Position numbers and translations under genes: made by a program | The notes under the pieces: generated by a model | Databases searched by the model: none | The model's input: only the letters and a program-made list of their open reading frames with translations | What the model was told of the DNA's origin: nothing | Source: Blastocystis sp. Blastoise | Taxonomy: Eukaryota; Protista; Bigyra: Opalinata | Reading direction: 5' to 3' | DNA length: 64,000 bases | Assembly (NCBI GenBank): GCA_039096225.1 | Contig: JBBPEB010000009.1 | Location: 1,364,001-1,428,000 of the forward strand | Shown here: one piece after another, positions 30,481 to 45,732 of the stretch | Layout of the letters: every line of letters starts with the position of its first letter | How positions within the stretch are numbered: the stretch's first letter is position 1

Positions 30481-32068
30481 ATGAATTTATTTGAAACCTA
30501 TTGTATTGATCAACAATTCACATATAAACATTCTTCTCATCTCTATTATTCAAATAATAAACAATATATCCTTACAAACGAAAACATCGAGTAATTGTTT
30601 CTTCTTTTATTTCATTTAATAAATATATTTTATATAGATCGAAAGCATATAAAGATAAATATATTCATAAGATAATAAATAATATATTAAATGACGTTTT
30701 TGATCGTAAATTATATATTTTTTTCTTTTTTTTCTTTTTCTAAAAAACAAAATAAAATAAAATAAAATAAATAGGTACTCATCAATTTGAATTAAATTAT
30801 AATTATTTATTTGAAAATAATAATAATAATAATAACGAAATATTAATTGAAGAAGATAATAAAATTGAAGAAATAAGACAACAAGCAATGGTATATAATT
30901 TTATTTTTATTATAATTACATATATATATATATACATAGAAACGATTCGATTATGGATTACCTTTAAGTTTTTCAAAAGAAGAGAAGAAAAAAGAAATCA
31001 ATAAAAAACATAAGAAAGTAATTAAAGATAAAAAGAATATTGAAAGTATATATTATTATTATTATTATATTTATATTTATATTTATTATATAGATAAAGA
31101 AGAAGAAATAATTTCTATGGAAACTATTTCTTATGATGAATGTATTATTATTATTATTATTATATAGTATATAGTATATAGATTATAATAGTATTTGTTA
31201 TGGTGAATTTAAAGAAAATAATAATATACAATATATACCTATATATATTCATGATTCTTTAGAAAGTATTTATATATTTATTTATTATATATATATATAT
31301 TATATATATATAGATGGATATATAGTAGAATATATAGGATATAAAGGATTATATATATTACAAAGAAATCAAATAAAACCATTAAAACAATCTTTAGATT
31401 ATTATATACTATCTTCTAATACTCAAGTATATATATAATATATATAATATATATATATATATACTATAAATAGGAAAAGAAAGAAATATCTTCAAATGAA
31501 TCTAAACAAATGAATCCATGTAATATAATATATATATATCATTAATAATATATAGTAATAACAAAATCAAATATACCAAAACATTTACAAAAGTATATAT
31601 ATATAATAATAATAAGCATTATTATTCTATTAGATATTGGAAACAGCGTTATCGATATTTTTCTTTATTCGACAAAGGAATTCAAACGGATGAAGAAGGA
31701 ATCTATAGTGTTACACCAGAAGCTATTGCTATTCTAATTGCTCAAAAAGTATCTTGTCCCACGGTTATTGATTGTTTTGCAGGAATTGGTGGAAATTCTA
31801 TTCAATTAGCTAGAACATGTTTTAAAGTTGTATATATATTTTTATTTATATTTTTATTTATATTTTTATTTATATTTTTATTATATTATATTTATATTTA
31901 TATTATATTATATTTATATTATATTATAAATATATTTATATATATATATAGTTTAGTGTTGATATTGATATTCATAAATTACATTATCTTCAACATAATG
32001 CTTCTTTATATAATGTAAATAATAATATTGAATGTATACATATGGATTCTATTCAATTACTTCAAATG

Positions 32069-32113
<45 letters not shown>

Positions 32114-32620
32114 TATTATTATTATAGTTGTACTATTCCTTGTGATGCAATTATATTAGCACCTCCTTGGGGAGGACCTGAATATGGAAAACAAGATAAT
32201 TATTCATTAAATAATTTACCATTATCTATTTCAGGAAAAGAATTATTCTATCTTGCTCGAAAACATACAAAAAATGTATTTTAATTTTTTTTTTATTTTT
32301 TTTAATATAATTCTAGATTGTTTATTTATTACCAAGAAATATCAATAAAGAAGAATGTATTCAATTAGCTGATTCTAATGAAGTATTTTATTATTATTAT
32401 ATTCATTATAAAATTTTTATTATTAGATTCATTATAAAATTTTTATTATTATATTCATTATAAAATTATTATTTTTATATTTATTATAACTAAATATATA
32501 TAGTGTGTAGAAATAAAAGAATATTGTATAGATGGAATTGTGAAGATGACTGTTGTTTTCTATGGTAATCTTGTTGATCAAACAAATATCAAACAAGCAA
32601 AATTAATCATTAAAAAATAA
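30481..32620 (+). CDS. TGS1: Trimethylguanosine synthase (cap hypermethylase) with an internal Tudor-like domain
   Basis: KYWKQRYRYFSLFDKGIQTDEEGIYSVTPEAIA, VIDCFAGIGGNSIQLA, IILAPPWGGPEY, IVYLLPRN, VFYGNL; N-terminal GLPLSF motif; TAA at 32618-20. Confidence 0.93.
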
Positions 32621-32887
32621 TTATTATAAATCTCTTTTAGTTCTTTTTTAATACACATTTTATTTTATTTTATTTTATTTAATAATTCTCATTTAAATCG
32701 TTATCAGTTTTGTTTTCATCAGTTTATTTATTGGATAAATTTTATAAAGAACCATTTATCTCACTCCCCTTCTTTATTCAGTTATTCACATGATTATTTA
32801 TTTCTTTCTTTTAAATTTTTAGTATTTTAGTATATATACTAAAAACTATTATTTTCTTATTTATTTTAATGTTTTAATTTATTAATT

Positions 32888-35080
32888 ATGATATTGATAC
32901 TCTTATTCTCTTTATTCTATTTAACTGTATTTTCTTTTATCTATATCTATATAATATTCTTTTTCATTCATTTTAATTAATTTAGTATTCGTTTAATATA
33001 CAACAAGATATTTATGGTAATATTTCTTATGGATTCTATACTATGAATGTATTCGTTGGTACACCAAAACAATCGTTCTCTTTAAAATTAGTAAACAAAA
33101 TATTTATTTTTTTTTTTTATTATTTAATTATTATTTTTTTAATATATATTATAAATAGAATATGAATTCAAAAGATATATTTTTATATTCTTCAGATTGT
33201 CTTTGTTGTTCTTCAGTAAGTTTTTATTTATTATTATTATTATTTATTGTATTTATATAGTATAAAAATCATATATATAATTCAAACGAAAGTCTTACGT
33301 ATAAAGAAATTATTCCTAATCAGTATTTAATATTTATATATATATTATTTATATATAGATTAATAGAAGATCAAATAACTATAGAAAATAATCAAACAAT
33401 TTCTTTTTCTATTCCTTTTTATTTATTATCGTATATTATTTTTATTTGTTTATTTATATATTTTTTTTATTAGAAATTGTTCCTTATTAAATTCTATATA
33501 TGATGGTCATCTTGGACTTCTTTCTAATAATAATATATATATAAATACATTATTAGAATCTATTTCAAAAGATAAAATAATGACATTCTGTTTTGAAGAT
33601 TCTAAAGGAATTCTTTCTTTTGGAACTATAGATTCTTCACTTTATGTATATTTTTTATTTATTATTTTTTTATTTATTATAATATATATATAGAAAGATC
33701 AAATATATTGGTTTCCAAATCAATTCTCTTCTTCTTTATTTAATATTCCTTTCTATACTATATTAATAGACAATCAACCATTTACTACTCAATCTGTATA
33801 TATATTTATTTATTTATTTTTATTATTATTATATATATATAGTTTCCTTCAAGTGCATCTATTGATATTTCTATTCCTTTTATTTATCTACCTCCTCTAC
33901 TCTATAAAGATCTTATTCTTTTCTTTCAAACATATTATACTAATTTACCTTGTATATTTATTTATTTTTATTTATTTATATTTTATTTATTTATATTTTA
34001 TTTTATTTTATTTATATTATATTATAATATATTTATATTTCCTTTTTAGCTATATCTACAACATCAAATATATTTAATGATAATTGTTTATATTATTTCC
34101 CTTCTTCTTTATGGCCACCTATTAATCTATATCTATATAATCATACATTTCTTTCTATTCCTCCTTCACTCTATTTCTATCCACATATTATTAATACAAA
34201 AACTTATTATTGCTTTATTTTCAAACCAAACAACTTTTCAAATCATGTATTTTATTATTTTTTGTTAATTATTTTTTGTTAATTATTTATTATATAGAAT
34301 GATATTATCCTAGGAAATAGCTTTCTTCATTCATTTACAACTATTTTTAATCTATATAATAATTCTATTGGATTTACTATTTCAAATCCATTATCTTGTC
34401 ATAGTATTTATTTTATTTTATTTTATATATATTTATTATTATATATTATATATATATATATATATTATCTTTATTATTATCTTTAGATCTTTATGAAGGT
34501 GGAATCAATGAATCAAAATATATACTTAAACAAAATACTTCTATTACTACTATTATTCTACTTATTCTATTTGTTCTACTTACACTTATTCTTATTCTAT
34601 ATTATATATTCAAAGCAAAGTATATATATATATATATATATTTTTTTTAAATTATTTATTTATATATTTTCTAGTGGTCATTCTTTATTATTTAAACATA
34701 AATTTATATCTATACCAACACAATCTCCATCTATAAATCCAAAAATATCTTCTACTACTATTCAAAATATCAATGATATTCATTTATATCCAAATACTAT
34801 TAATAATAATAATAATAATAGAAATATACTTCAAAGATCTGCTCTTCATACTGGATTAACACCAAGAGAATTCAATTCCTCTCCTATTTATCAATCTATA
34901 TATATATCTGAAGAAGATCTACATCCTGATATCTATATTGAAACCGATGGATCTATTTGTATCGATGTTACAGATAGAAATAATATTAATAATATTAATA
35001 ATAATATAAATCAGTATTCTATAAACCATAATGAAAAGTATAATCATGAACTCATTCATCATTCTCTTAATCAAATCTAA
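32888..35080 (+). CDS. Pepsin-family (A1) aspartic-protease-like type I membrane protein, probably catalytically inactive
   Basis: Signal peptide MILILLFSLFYLT; YTMNVFVGTPKQSFSLKL|NMNS; DGHLGL; ASIDISIPFIYLP; IILGNSFLHSFTTIFNLYNNSIGF; TM segment TIILLILFVLLTLILILYYIFK; cytosolic tail to TAA 35080. Confidence 0.85.
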
Positions 35081-35702
35081 TATTTTATGCTTTATTTATT
35101 TTTATTTATTTATTATTTTATATATATATATATATATGTATATTTTTCAATTCTTCTTTAAAAATCTTTTCTACTTTTTTTTAATTTATTTCTATTATTA
35201 TTATTTTGGATACTACTTTTGTTATCATCATGGCTATTGTTCTTAATAAATAACTTGGCTTTTTTAGACTAAATTATATATTTTATATGTTTTATAAACA
35301 CTATAATTATGCTATACTGAATAATATAGCAATACAAATAAAAAAATATATGATTACAAAACAATAATGGTAAAATAATAAAAAACTTAAATGATAAGAA
35401 TGATAAAAATACCACAACAGAATATAAAGAACAACAAAATAAAACGCAAATTAAAAAGCAATAAGGAAACTTGAAAAATAAATAATAAAAAAAGTAAAAA
35501 ATTATTAATATATTACACATAGAATATTTTTATTAGCAATAAGAAATATAGATATGTGAAGAAAAAAATATGTTTCTATGAGATATAATATATATATATC
35601 AACTAATATTAAAAAAAATGTTTTCTATAAAAAAAAAATGATTTTATATTTAAAAAAATATAGAGTATATATCTATATATATATATCTATTGTACTAAAT
35701 AA

Positions 35703-38700
35703 TTATAATGGAATTCGAGGAATGGAACTATTTTGGATTTGTTCAAGTGGAATGAAAATTCGTTGATTTCCATGATTATTTTCATTTTGATGTCTATAAA
35801 ATAATGGACAATAATTATGATTATTATTTTCATATTGATGATGTTCGTCAATATATAAATTAATATTATGATTTATATAAAAATCATTCTTTTTCTCTTC
35901 ATTCTTTTTCTTAATTTGATGTATAAGGAATTTTATTAATATATATAATAATAATATTCCTACAAAAACATACATAATAATAAACAAAATAGATGTATTA
36001 TTTGTATTAACAGTAATATAACTATTTACTAATTGTATTGAAGTTATATATTGTAAATATATATATTGATTTTCTTTACATATATTAAGAAGAGTATCAT
36101 TTGAAGTTTTTATATATTGATTATAATAAGGAAGAATCATTTCTGCATAAGAATAACTAGTTTTTAATCCTATGATTACAACAATACCATTATTTATATT
36201 AATATCATTATTATTTTGAATATCTAGTATATATAAAGAACGAATAGGTTTGTTAATAAGATTTAAAAATGTATCAAATAAAGAAATAAATTGAAATTGA
36301 GATTCAGGAATAGTTAATTGTCCTTGAGTTATATTTGTAATCATTAATTGAGAATATAAAATAGATTCATCATTTTTTGTTAAATCAAAAAAATCTGTAC
36401 TTTTACAATTTGAATTTTCAATACGTCCCCAATAAGCAGTATTTCCACGGGAATAGCAAGTTCTCCATTGTATACCATATTGATTTAATGAACAAGATAA
36501 ATAGACGGTAGTACCTAATTCAACTCTATCCCAAATACCATCTTTTTCACAATATAAAGAAGAAATAGAAATAGAAATTTCAAATGTGTTTTTATTACCT
36601 TTAGAATTATATACAGTAATAGTATATATATTATGAATTCTACTATTAAATGTACCATAAATGATACCTGTAGTAGTATTAAAAGAGACAGTAGAAGGAA
36701 GTGAAGGAGATATAGTAAAATAGGATATTTCTATACCTATAACTATAGGAATAAAAGGATCTATAAAGAAACCTATATAACTTTCTATTGTAGAAAATGG
36801 ATATGATAATATTGGGGGTTTTGGAATACAATTATTGGTAATGTTTCCCCAATAAGGGGATTGTGCAGGTATACAATCACGTGATTGATATCCAGTATAT
36901 AACTCTGAATTTGAACATGGAATCGTTTGTGTTTCTCCAGCAGGAATACTATTCCAAGGAGATTGAGTAGTACATTGATTATTATGAATAAGAATGGTAA
37001 CAGGTACAGTAGTATTTTGGTTTTCTTTTATTAAAGTTATATAAAATGTAGTTAATGGGAGAATAACCGTGGGAATACCATATAATGTATAATAATTATC
37101 TATAAATAATCCATTAGGAAGAGAAGGTGTAATAATAGGAAATTCTTTATAAGTACTAATATATATAGGAGTAAGATTTTGAATAGGAATAAAAAGAGTA
37201 CTTTCAATATTATAATATGGATAAACTAATATAGGTAAAGTTTCTTTACAATCATAATATACTTCACTCCATGAAGGTGGATTCGTATTTTGACAGAAAC
37301 GTACTCTATTTCCTTGTTGATTACTATTTATACAGGGTAAAAGTGCAGTTTTATTGATATCTGTTTCTGGCCAATCATCTTCGGTTACACATTTAGAAAA
37401 TAATATTGTTATACGTAACATAGATTCAGAAGAACCTCCAGAATTATGTATCGTTACTAGGAAATTAGAAGATCCTAAAGAATTAATAGGAGTTCCTGTA
37501 ATAATACCAGTTGTACTATTCAGATATATACCTGTAGGAAAAGATGGTTTTACCGTAAATTCTGCAAGTAATCCTAATGATGATACTGGTATAATAGGAT
37601 ATATAGGAAGATTTGTATAAAATTTATATGAACTATGTGGATATTGAAGAATAGGTTTTTTAGGTGTACAATAAGAAATAATAGATGACCATAAAACATT
37701 ATTATTTTTATAAATACAAGATCGTTCAATATAACCTTCAAAATTATCATCAAAACAAGAAATTGTAGCAGTTGAATTCGAAGGTGTTTCAGGCCAAATA
37801 CCATCAGCTCTACAATTTAATTCTGTAGCTACTAAAGATAATGAACTTTGAATCATTCCCACGGGATTTGAAAATGTGAATATATATTTAGTAAAAGAAT
37901 AATCTTCAATATATCCATATAAAAGTTGTTGTTCTAATGAATATGTGAGTGTAGAAGGAAGAGAAGGAGTAATAGTAATATTCATATATAAACCTTGAAT
38001 AATAATAGGAATAGATATCCATAAATATGTTTTAGTAGAATAAGTATTAGGTATAGAAAGATCATAAGGAGGAGAAAGAATACAATTTGTTTTAATTGTA
38101 TCTTCTAAGTGGTTTCCTATACATAAGCGAGAATAACTACCTATATATCCATAAGGACATGATTTATAAGATAGATTATTATTAGTAGAAGAAGAAAAAT
38201 CATCTATACCTTCACAATCTTTAGGTACATATGTATAATAAAATTGTATACTAGTTAATTCAGTATATAATGTAGTTGCTTGTATGTTATTATTATAGTT
38301 ATTATTATTATTATTATCTGAGATATCTTTATTATTATCTGAGATATTATTATTATTATTTGAGATATTACTATTATTTGAGATATTACTATTATTATTA
38401 TTATTATTATCTGAGATATTATTATTATTATTATTATTATCATCATATAACATTTGTTTGCTTTCGCATTTATAGAAAATAATTCTATATTGATCAGAAG
38501 CTAAATCATTAGGAAATGAGAATGTAATCGATTGTTGATCTTCTACAATAGAATAACTATATATAGAATGTATAGTTTTCCAATTATTATGAATACTATC
38601 AAATACTTCTAAAGACCATGAAGTAGGATATATATAATTTAAATGTCCAAGTATAATAGTATATTGAGTCACTATATATTGTTGACCTTGAGTAGAAGAG

Positions 38701-40431
38701 AGATATATAGTAAGACCAACACAAGAAGTAGAAGTTATATACGTAGTATTTAAAGAAGTAGATAGAAGAGAAGTAAGAATAGTTGTCAGGATAGGTTGAG
38801 ATGAAGAAGTAATTGTATATATAGGTAGAAAAGTAGGTTTCGTTGTTGAACCCATTGGATTAATAATAATATCAAAATCATTATATTTAGGTAAAGATTG
38901 ATATTTATGTAATTCAACAGAAATCAGATTAATACTGGATTCAACTTGTTTCCAAAGATTACGATTATGTAGATCTATAGTAGTTCTTACTATATGTGTA
39001 TATTGATATTCTTTAGTAGCACAAATAGAAGAAGAAGAAATAGAAGAAGAATCAGAGAAAGTATTATCAAAATACTCATTTATATCTTCCATATATATAT
39101 TCTTATTCTTATTATTTATATATGTGTAACAATGATTATCATTTACATTCATATTAAATCGAAAGATTTCTATATTATTCAAATATACAATTATACCTGA
39201 ATAAATATAAAAGATCAAATCTAATGCTAATATTGACGAATATACAGAAGAAGAAAGAGTTATAGACGTTCGATAATATTGTACGGATACCTCAGGATTA
39301 GGGAATTGGGTAGAGAAACTTTTAGGCCATAAAGTATCATCAAAGCCAATTGTGTTCCATCCAAGAGGGGGATCTATAATAGTATTCCAATAGGACCATA
39401 TTTGCTTTCCTTTTTGAATAAAAGGATTTAAATAGAAAGGAATAAAATCTTCAACTTGTCCTTTCTCTAATGATTCTCTTAGTATATTTATATCATTCTC
39501 TAAGGTTATGGTTATATAACTATTTTCCCATGTTTCTTCACTATTTGAAAGTATATATAATATATAATCATCAGGAATTAAACAATACGTATGATTATAT
39601 TTCATTAGTGTATTTGGAATAGTATCATTAAATAATAAATTGAATGATGGATATTGCAAGATAGAATAAGAAGTAGGTTTTCTATGTTCAGAAAAACTGA
39701 AATATAATGCAAATGAAATACAATTATTCTTTAATGAAGTTGAAGGGAGATATAAAGTAGGTGGAACTATATATATATATGAGTAAAATATTTTACAATA
39801 ATAATAAAAAAATATATATATGTAAATTATTTACAATAATAATAAAAATATAAAAGTAAATTATTTACAATAATAATAAAAAAAATATATGAATGCAATA
39901 AACATAAATATTATGATAATATACTATTGATTGAAGCTGTTAGAGAATCGTTGATATTATAAAAATCATTAATTGATTTTGAAAACAAAAGATTCGATGA
40001 GTCATATAAATAAAGAGTAGACTGTATAGATTCATTATTTGTATTGCTATATATTTATAATGATAGAGAGAATAACATATTATATATAAAAATCTCCAAA
40101 GTAAGTTAGATAAAAATGATAGATATATTTATATACAAAATAGAAATAGTAAATGTATAGGAAGATGATGGAGAAACACAAATTGAGAAATTTGAAGTGT
40201 TTGCTGTTGATGAAATGATAGTTTCTTCGGGTATATCTTTATCATATATATCTGGACTTCTTGTCTCATATATCTTTGAATAGAACGACATATAATTTTT
40301 GTGAACAATAACGACATTTAATTCTTTCTGTGTTTCAGAGCATAGCGTATAACCTAAAATATGTGATTTGATATAATAATATAAAAATTACCAGTAGAGA
40401 AAAGAATGAAGAAGAACAGCAAGAAAAACAT
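35703..40431 (-). CDS. Large type I surface protein with putative-Ig (He_PIG-like) domains alternating with Cys-rich CxxDGxWPxT (hormone-receptor-domain-like) repeats
   Basis: Signal-peptide exon at ATG 40431. The 1318-aa ORF has repeats SPSLPxGLxxxxxTGIIxGTP and C..DGIWPET....A...C......GYIERSC......W, a TM segment ILFIIMYVFVGILLLYILI and a basic tail. Confidence 0.85.
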
Positions 40432-41891
40432 CTTGTAGTAATAAGCTTTCGATATAAAAGACGTTTTGTAAGAACTTCTTATAATGAAATGATATAACAA
40501 AAAACTTGAATTCTTATTGAACAACGAAATAATAATACTTTTAATTAGAAAGAATTATATGTAAATAATGACGGTTATTATTAATTAATGCTGCCATTTT
40601 TTGTGATTCACAAAAAATTACATAAAATGATAACTTCATGAGTATTTCATTTCTGGTTATTAAAATAATATTTTTTAAGTTTCCTTTATAAAAAATTCAA
40701 GATATACTTGATATTAGTTCGTTGAGAGACAGCCTTATGATATTTTTATATTTATTTTGACACAACAGTGAATTGTCTTGTTGTTAAAGTTATGAAACGA
40801 TGCTTAGAAACAAGTTGTGAAGCATTCTGATGTAGTTATCTATATTTTTCAATGATTAATATGTATGTATAATGTGGTTTCAGCACACATGACATAGGAA
40901 ACTGTTAGGAAATTGTAAGTCAATTGTCTGAGATTCAGTAATTAAGTAGAGCAAGATGATAAACTTGGAATAGTTGATAACTTAAAAATTCAATTGACTT
41001 CACTAAAATTGTAATTGTTCTTGTTACATTTAAGTGTATATATCAAGCTCATTACACTTAGTAAAAACACAAATTTGAAGTATTATTTATTTTGAAAATA
41101 GACAGTGGTGGTTGTTCTATTATGATGAAAATACTCGCTTGTTTATAATTTTATTGATATATAGAGATACATCAATTCGTTAGAGTATTAAATGATCGTC
41201 ATTAATTAAAGGTTATTCAAATATTCATTATACTAAAAAATAGGTATGATGAATATGATAGGCTGAAGGATCTTTCTTTGCGATCGGATTGGTAGAAATC
41301 GGAGTAATCCATAAATATTCTTTTTATTTTTTGTTTCGTTTTATTCTTGAATTACTAAAAGACATCTATTGTGCTATTGTAATATAGAAAATAATCTCAC
41401 CACAAGATTCTATGTTTCTCCACTTCTATTTGTTTTTTTTTGTAATTTATTAGGGTGAAAATTGTTGTTTGATCATTTAGTAAATTATCTGAAACCTTTT
41501 GTACAATAGGACGATTAATTTTTAGTTTTGATGTTTAGTTTAAATTAGAAAATGGTAGTTAATCAAACAAATAGAGATTAAAATAAATGATTTAATTGTT
41601 GTTTTTATTTATTTTTTGTTGTAAGTCCACAAGAGTCAATGGAATAAGTATATAGGATGAGTGAATAATTCATATTATTCTTTAAATAATTTAAAAGTAG
41701 TTTATGAATTGAAAAAAAAGACAAAAAGTACAAAAATGAAATAATCATGGAAAAATTTATAATTAAATAGGGTTGAATAAAATAACCAGAACTGATGAGG
41801 ATTTATGGAAAAAAGTGAACAGAATTTTTTTATTATAGATATCTAGCCTTTTAAAACAAGATTAATATTTAGTTATCGCAATTAGTTATCA

Positions 41892-44722
41892 ATGAACTCA
41901 GTGAGTATTATAGCAGTTTTATTACTGTTGTTGATTGGTGTTCATGGTATGTTCATTGTTTTGTTCTCATTGTTTTATTTAATTTAGGTGTTTACCGATG
42001 TGACCCAGGGAGTTATGAACTTATGGTAGGAATTAAATCTATGAATTTCTCGATGTTCAACGGTGTACATGTTTCACGAAAGAGTTTGTCTTCTTTGGTG
42101 CCTCTTCCATTTAGGAAAAGTATTAAGAGTGCTGATGAAATGAGTTTGATATCATTTTATTCAGATTGTGTAGGTTTTGATGATAATTTTATTTTGGTTG
42201 TTGAAGATGTGTAAGTGTTTATTTTATCTATATAATCATAAAATATATTTCTAACTATAGAAATGAAAATAATGTTGAATGGAACTGTGAATTGACCTGT
42301 AGTGTAGATACAGTAATGGTCGTAGAGTTTTCATTAACTAAATCACTTTTTTCGAATTCAAAAACATTAGAAATCAATGTCCCAAGTATGTTGTTCTGTA
42401 CATATAATAATAAGAAGATATTAAATTAAAAAAGAATATAATATATTAAAAAATTGTAGAAATAAAAATAAAAAAAATATATATATAGTGGATCATTATA
42501 GAAGTATATTAAAATCATGGTATATGAATGATAGTTATCAATATTCTTCATTATGGTCTACTATATCTTATAATAATTCCCCATGGGTACTTTATGATTC
42601 AATTGATTTTCCTTTTTCTTCGTTAATCACATCAAATAGATATTATAGACAAGATTATATACTTTCAAATAATGATAAATATATAGATATTAGTATTTAT
42701 ACTTCACAATCGTGTAGTCTTTATATTAATGGAAAAACAAATTATAACATATATAATTCGTATATATATATTTAATTATTATCTTTTTATTAAATAATGT
42801 TATATATTATTATTAAATATATATCTATAGGAATCCATTAATTAGTATATCTAATTATAATCAAAGGTTAACTATATATCAATATAAGTATATTTGTTAT
42901 TATATTTTATGTCTATATTTAGTTCATTCTATACTTTTTTAATATATAAATGTATATATTATTATCTATTTCTATAGATTCATAATAAGTGTTTCTTCTA
43001 TTTATTCTATTGATATATCAAGAAATATATCTATTGGAATAGAATTTCATTTTGAAAATCCTAATGGTTCTATTCTTTTTAAAGCTAGTATTTCGTCATT
43101 TTCACAACAAAGTATATATATATTATATTATATATATATTTTTTATAACTAATTCATATATATTTTATATAGAATATCTTTGCTATATATCATCATTAAT
43201 ATCATTATCTTCTACTTCTTCTTCTATTACTCCTCCTCTTCCTTCTAATAATATAAATGGATCCTTAAATACTATAAATTTTATACCTTCTAATTTTACT
43301 TATGGTTCTCATACATTTACTTTATATTTATATCAAAATGTTTTAATATATGTAAATGTTACTGGGAATAATATAAGTTTTTCAAGTACTCCTTCTCTTC
43401 CTAATGGCTTATATTTTGATGTACAAGGTAATATATTTGGTATTCCTACAAGTATTATAGAATATCAAAGTTTTGTTATTACTGCTTTAAATGAATATGG
43501 TCAAACAACAGTAACTATATTATTACAAGTACTTATTCCTCGATGTATACAAGATAATGAATGGCCATTAACAAATAGTGGAGATTCTATTATTTTATCA
43601 TGTTCAGATACTATTAATTATATAGGAAATCGTAAACGTGATTGTTTATTAGGTTATCCTGCTATTTGGAGTGAAATTAATGATACATGTATATATAAAC
43701 CACCTATATTAACATTATATTCTACTATTATTAATGGATATCAATATGATACAATAAGTCCATTTATGTTTCAAATAATTGGTCAAAATATATCTTCTGT
43801 ACAAATTGAACCTAAATTACCTTTAGGTTTAATATTACAAATAGAAAATTCTATTATATATGGTATTCCACAAGAAACTTATGTAGGTATATTATATTTA
43901 AGTATAAAAAATCCTGGTGGTGTAACTACAAAAACAATACAAGTCAATATTATTAGTAAAAATTGTACATCTACTGAATATTCTTATATATCTTCTTATT
44001 GGCCAGAAACAGCACGTGGTTTAACTGCATATATCAATTGTCCTCAAGGTCAAATGGGAATACAATCACGTGCGTGTATTATTAAAGATGAATCTTATTA
44101 TTGGGGTAAAATAGATCAAACACATTGTTTTATTTATAATGATGAAGATCAACCAAATGATGATGAAACTTATATATTATTTTCTATTATTTTAGAAGGT
44201 ATTCAAAAAGTATATTTTGGTATACCTTCTATATATGAATTGTTTCGTAGTTATATAGTTGATATATTATCTACATATACTATAAATGATTTAGATATAC
44301 AAATTATTGATTATCGAATTCAAACTAGTAATAGTACTTATGTTAAATTTAGAATTACTGTATATTCACATTTAACTAGTGATATTACAAAAGTATTATC
44401 TTATTCTATTAATGGAAGTACATCTTTATTAACTACTAAATGTAAAGAATCAAATAATATATATTTACAACAAATTACTTCTACTTATATTTCTACAAAT
44501 GGTATTACATATATTAGTAATAATATGAATTCTTTATATATATTAATTATTGGAATTTCTGTTATTATATGTATTACTATAATCATTATCGTATTTATTA
44601 CTGTTATGTATAATAATATTAAATCTCAAAATAAAAGAAGAAGAAAACATCAAAAATATTCATCTCGTATTATCACAAAATCTCAAGTTATTCTTTTTAA
44701 TCCAAATCTACCACCAATTTAA
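41892..44722 (+). CDS. Paralogous type I surface protein (putative-Ig + Cys-rich repeats), multi-exon
   Basis: Signal MNSVSIIAVLLLLLIGVHG; STPSLPNGLYFDVQGNIFGIP, CIQDNEWPLTNSG, PKLPLGL..IYGIP, WPETARG..CPQGQMGIQSRAC; TM LYILIIGISVIICITIIIIVFITVMY followed by KRRRK. Confidence 0.85.
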
Positions 44723-45732
44723 ATATCTTATATATATATATTATTATTTTATTATTATTTACTATTTTTCTAATAATAAAGTTTTCTTATATTTATTAAA
44801 TATAATACATATATATATCATTTTTATTTTCTTCTTTTCTGTTTTTTTTTTTTATTTAATTCTTCTTTTTTATTTTTATTAATACTCTATATTATTTATT
44901 ATAAACTCATTTTCATTTTTTCATTTAAAAAAAAATATTAATTCTCTTCTTAATACTATATATATATTCATATATATAATATTTCTTTATCTAGAGAATT
45001 ATTCATATTTAAATTTTTTTTTTCTTTATAAAAATCATTTTTTTTTTCTATTTAAATATTCAATAATTTATTTATCATGCTTTTTGCTATGTGTCTGTCT
45101 CAATTTATGTGTTGGATATATTCTTATAGATATTATTTCATCTATATTAATCTTTTTGTTTACTATAGAATACAATAGTACACTTTCTTTTTATCTTTGT
45201 TATCTTTCTTGAATGCAAATATGTTCTGTATTTCTCATTTCGTTATCCAAATTCGTCTGTCTTTTTGCTTATGAATCATCTCTTTTATTTTCATTATCCA
45301 ATCGTGTTTCTTTTATAGTTAATTTCAATTATTTTAAAACATTGTTTTGCTCTAATTATATATATTTTTTACTATTCTATTAGAATCTACAAAGCATATC
45401 AATAGTCTAATAATAGAAATTATATTGTTTTCAAATAAACAATGTAACAATTAATATTGAAGCACCTTTTATTCTTTCAAAAAAATATAGAATCCTTTCG
45501 TTAGCAATCTCATAAAGATTATCAAAAATTAATAACATGTAGAAGTGACTTCAGATGTAAAAAAAAAATAAAATTTTTTTTTTTAAATTCATATTGAAAA
45601 CAGATTTATATAAAGAGTCGTTTTTGATAATTCCCGTAAATACTCACAGAATATACGAAGTTTTTAAATGATCATTTGTTTATTCAGATTTATATACTTA
45701 AATCAACTAACTTAATTAAAATATATTTCAAA

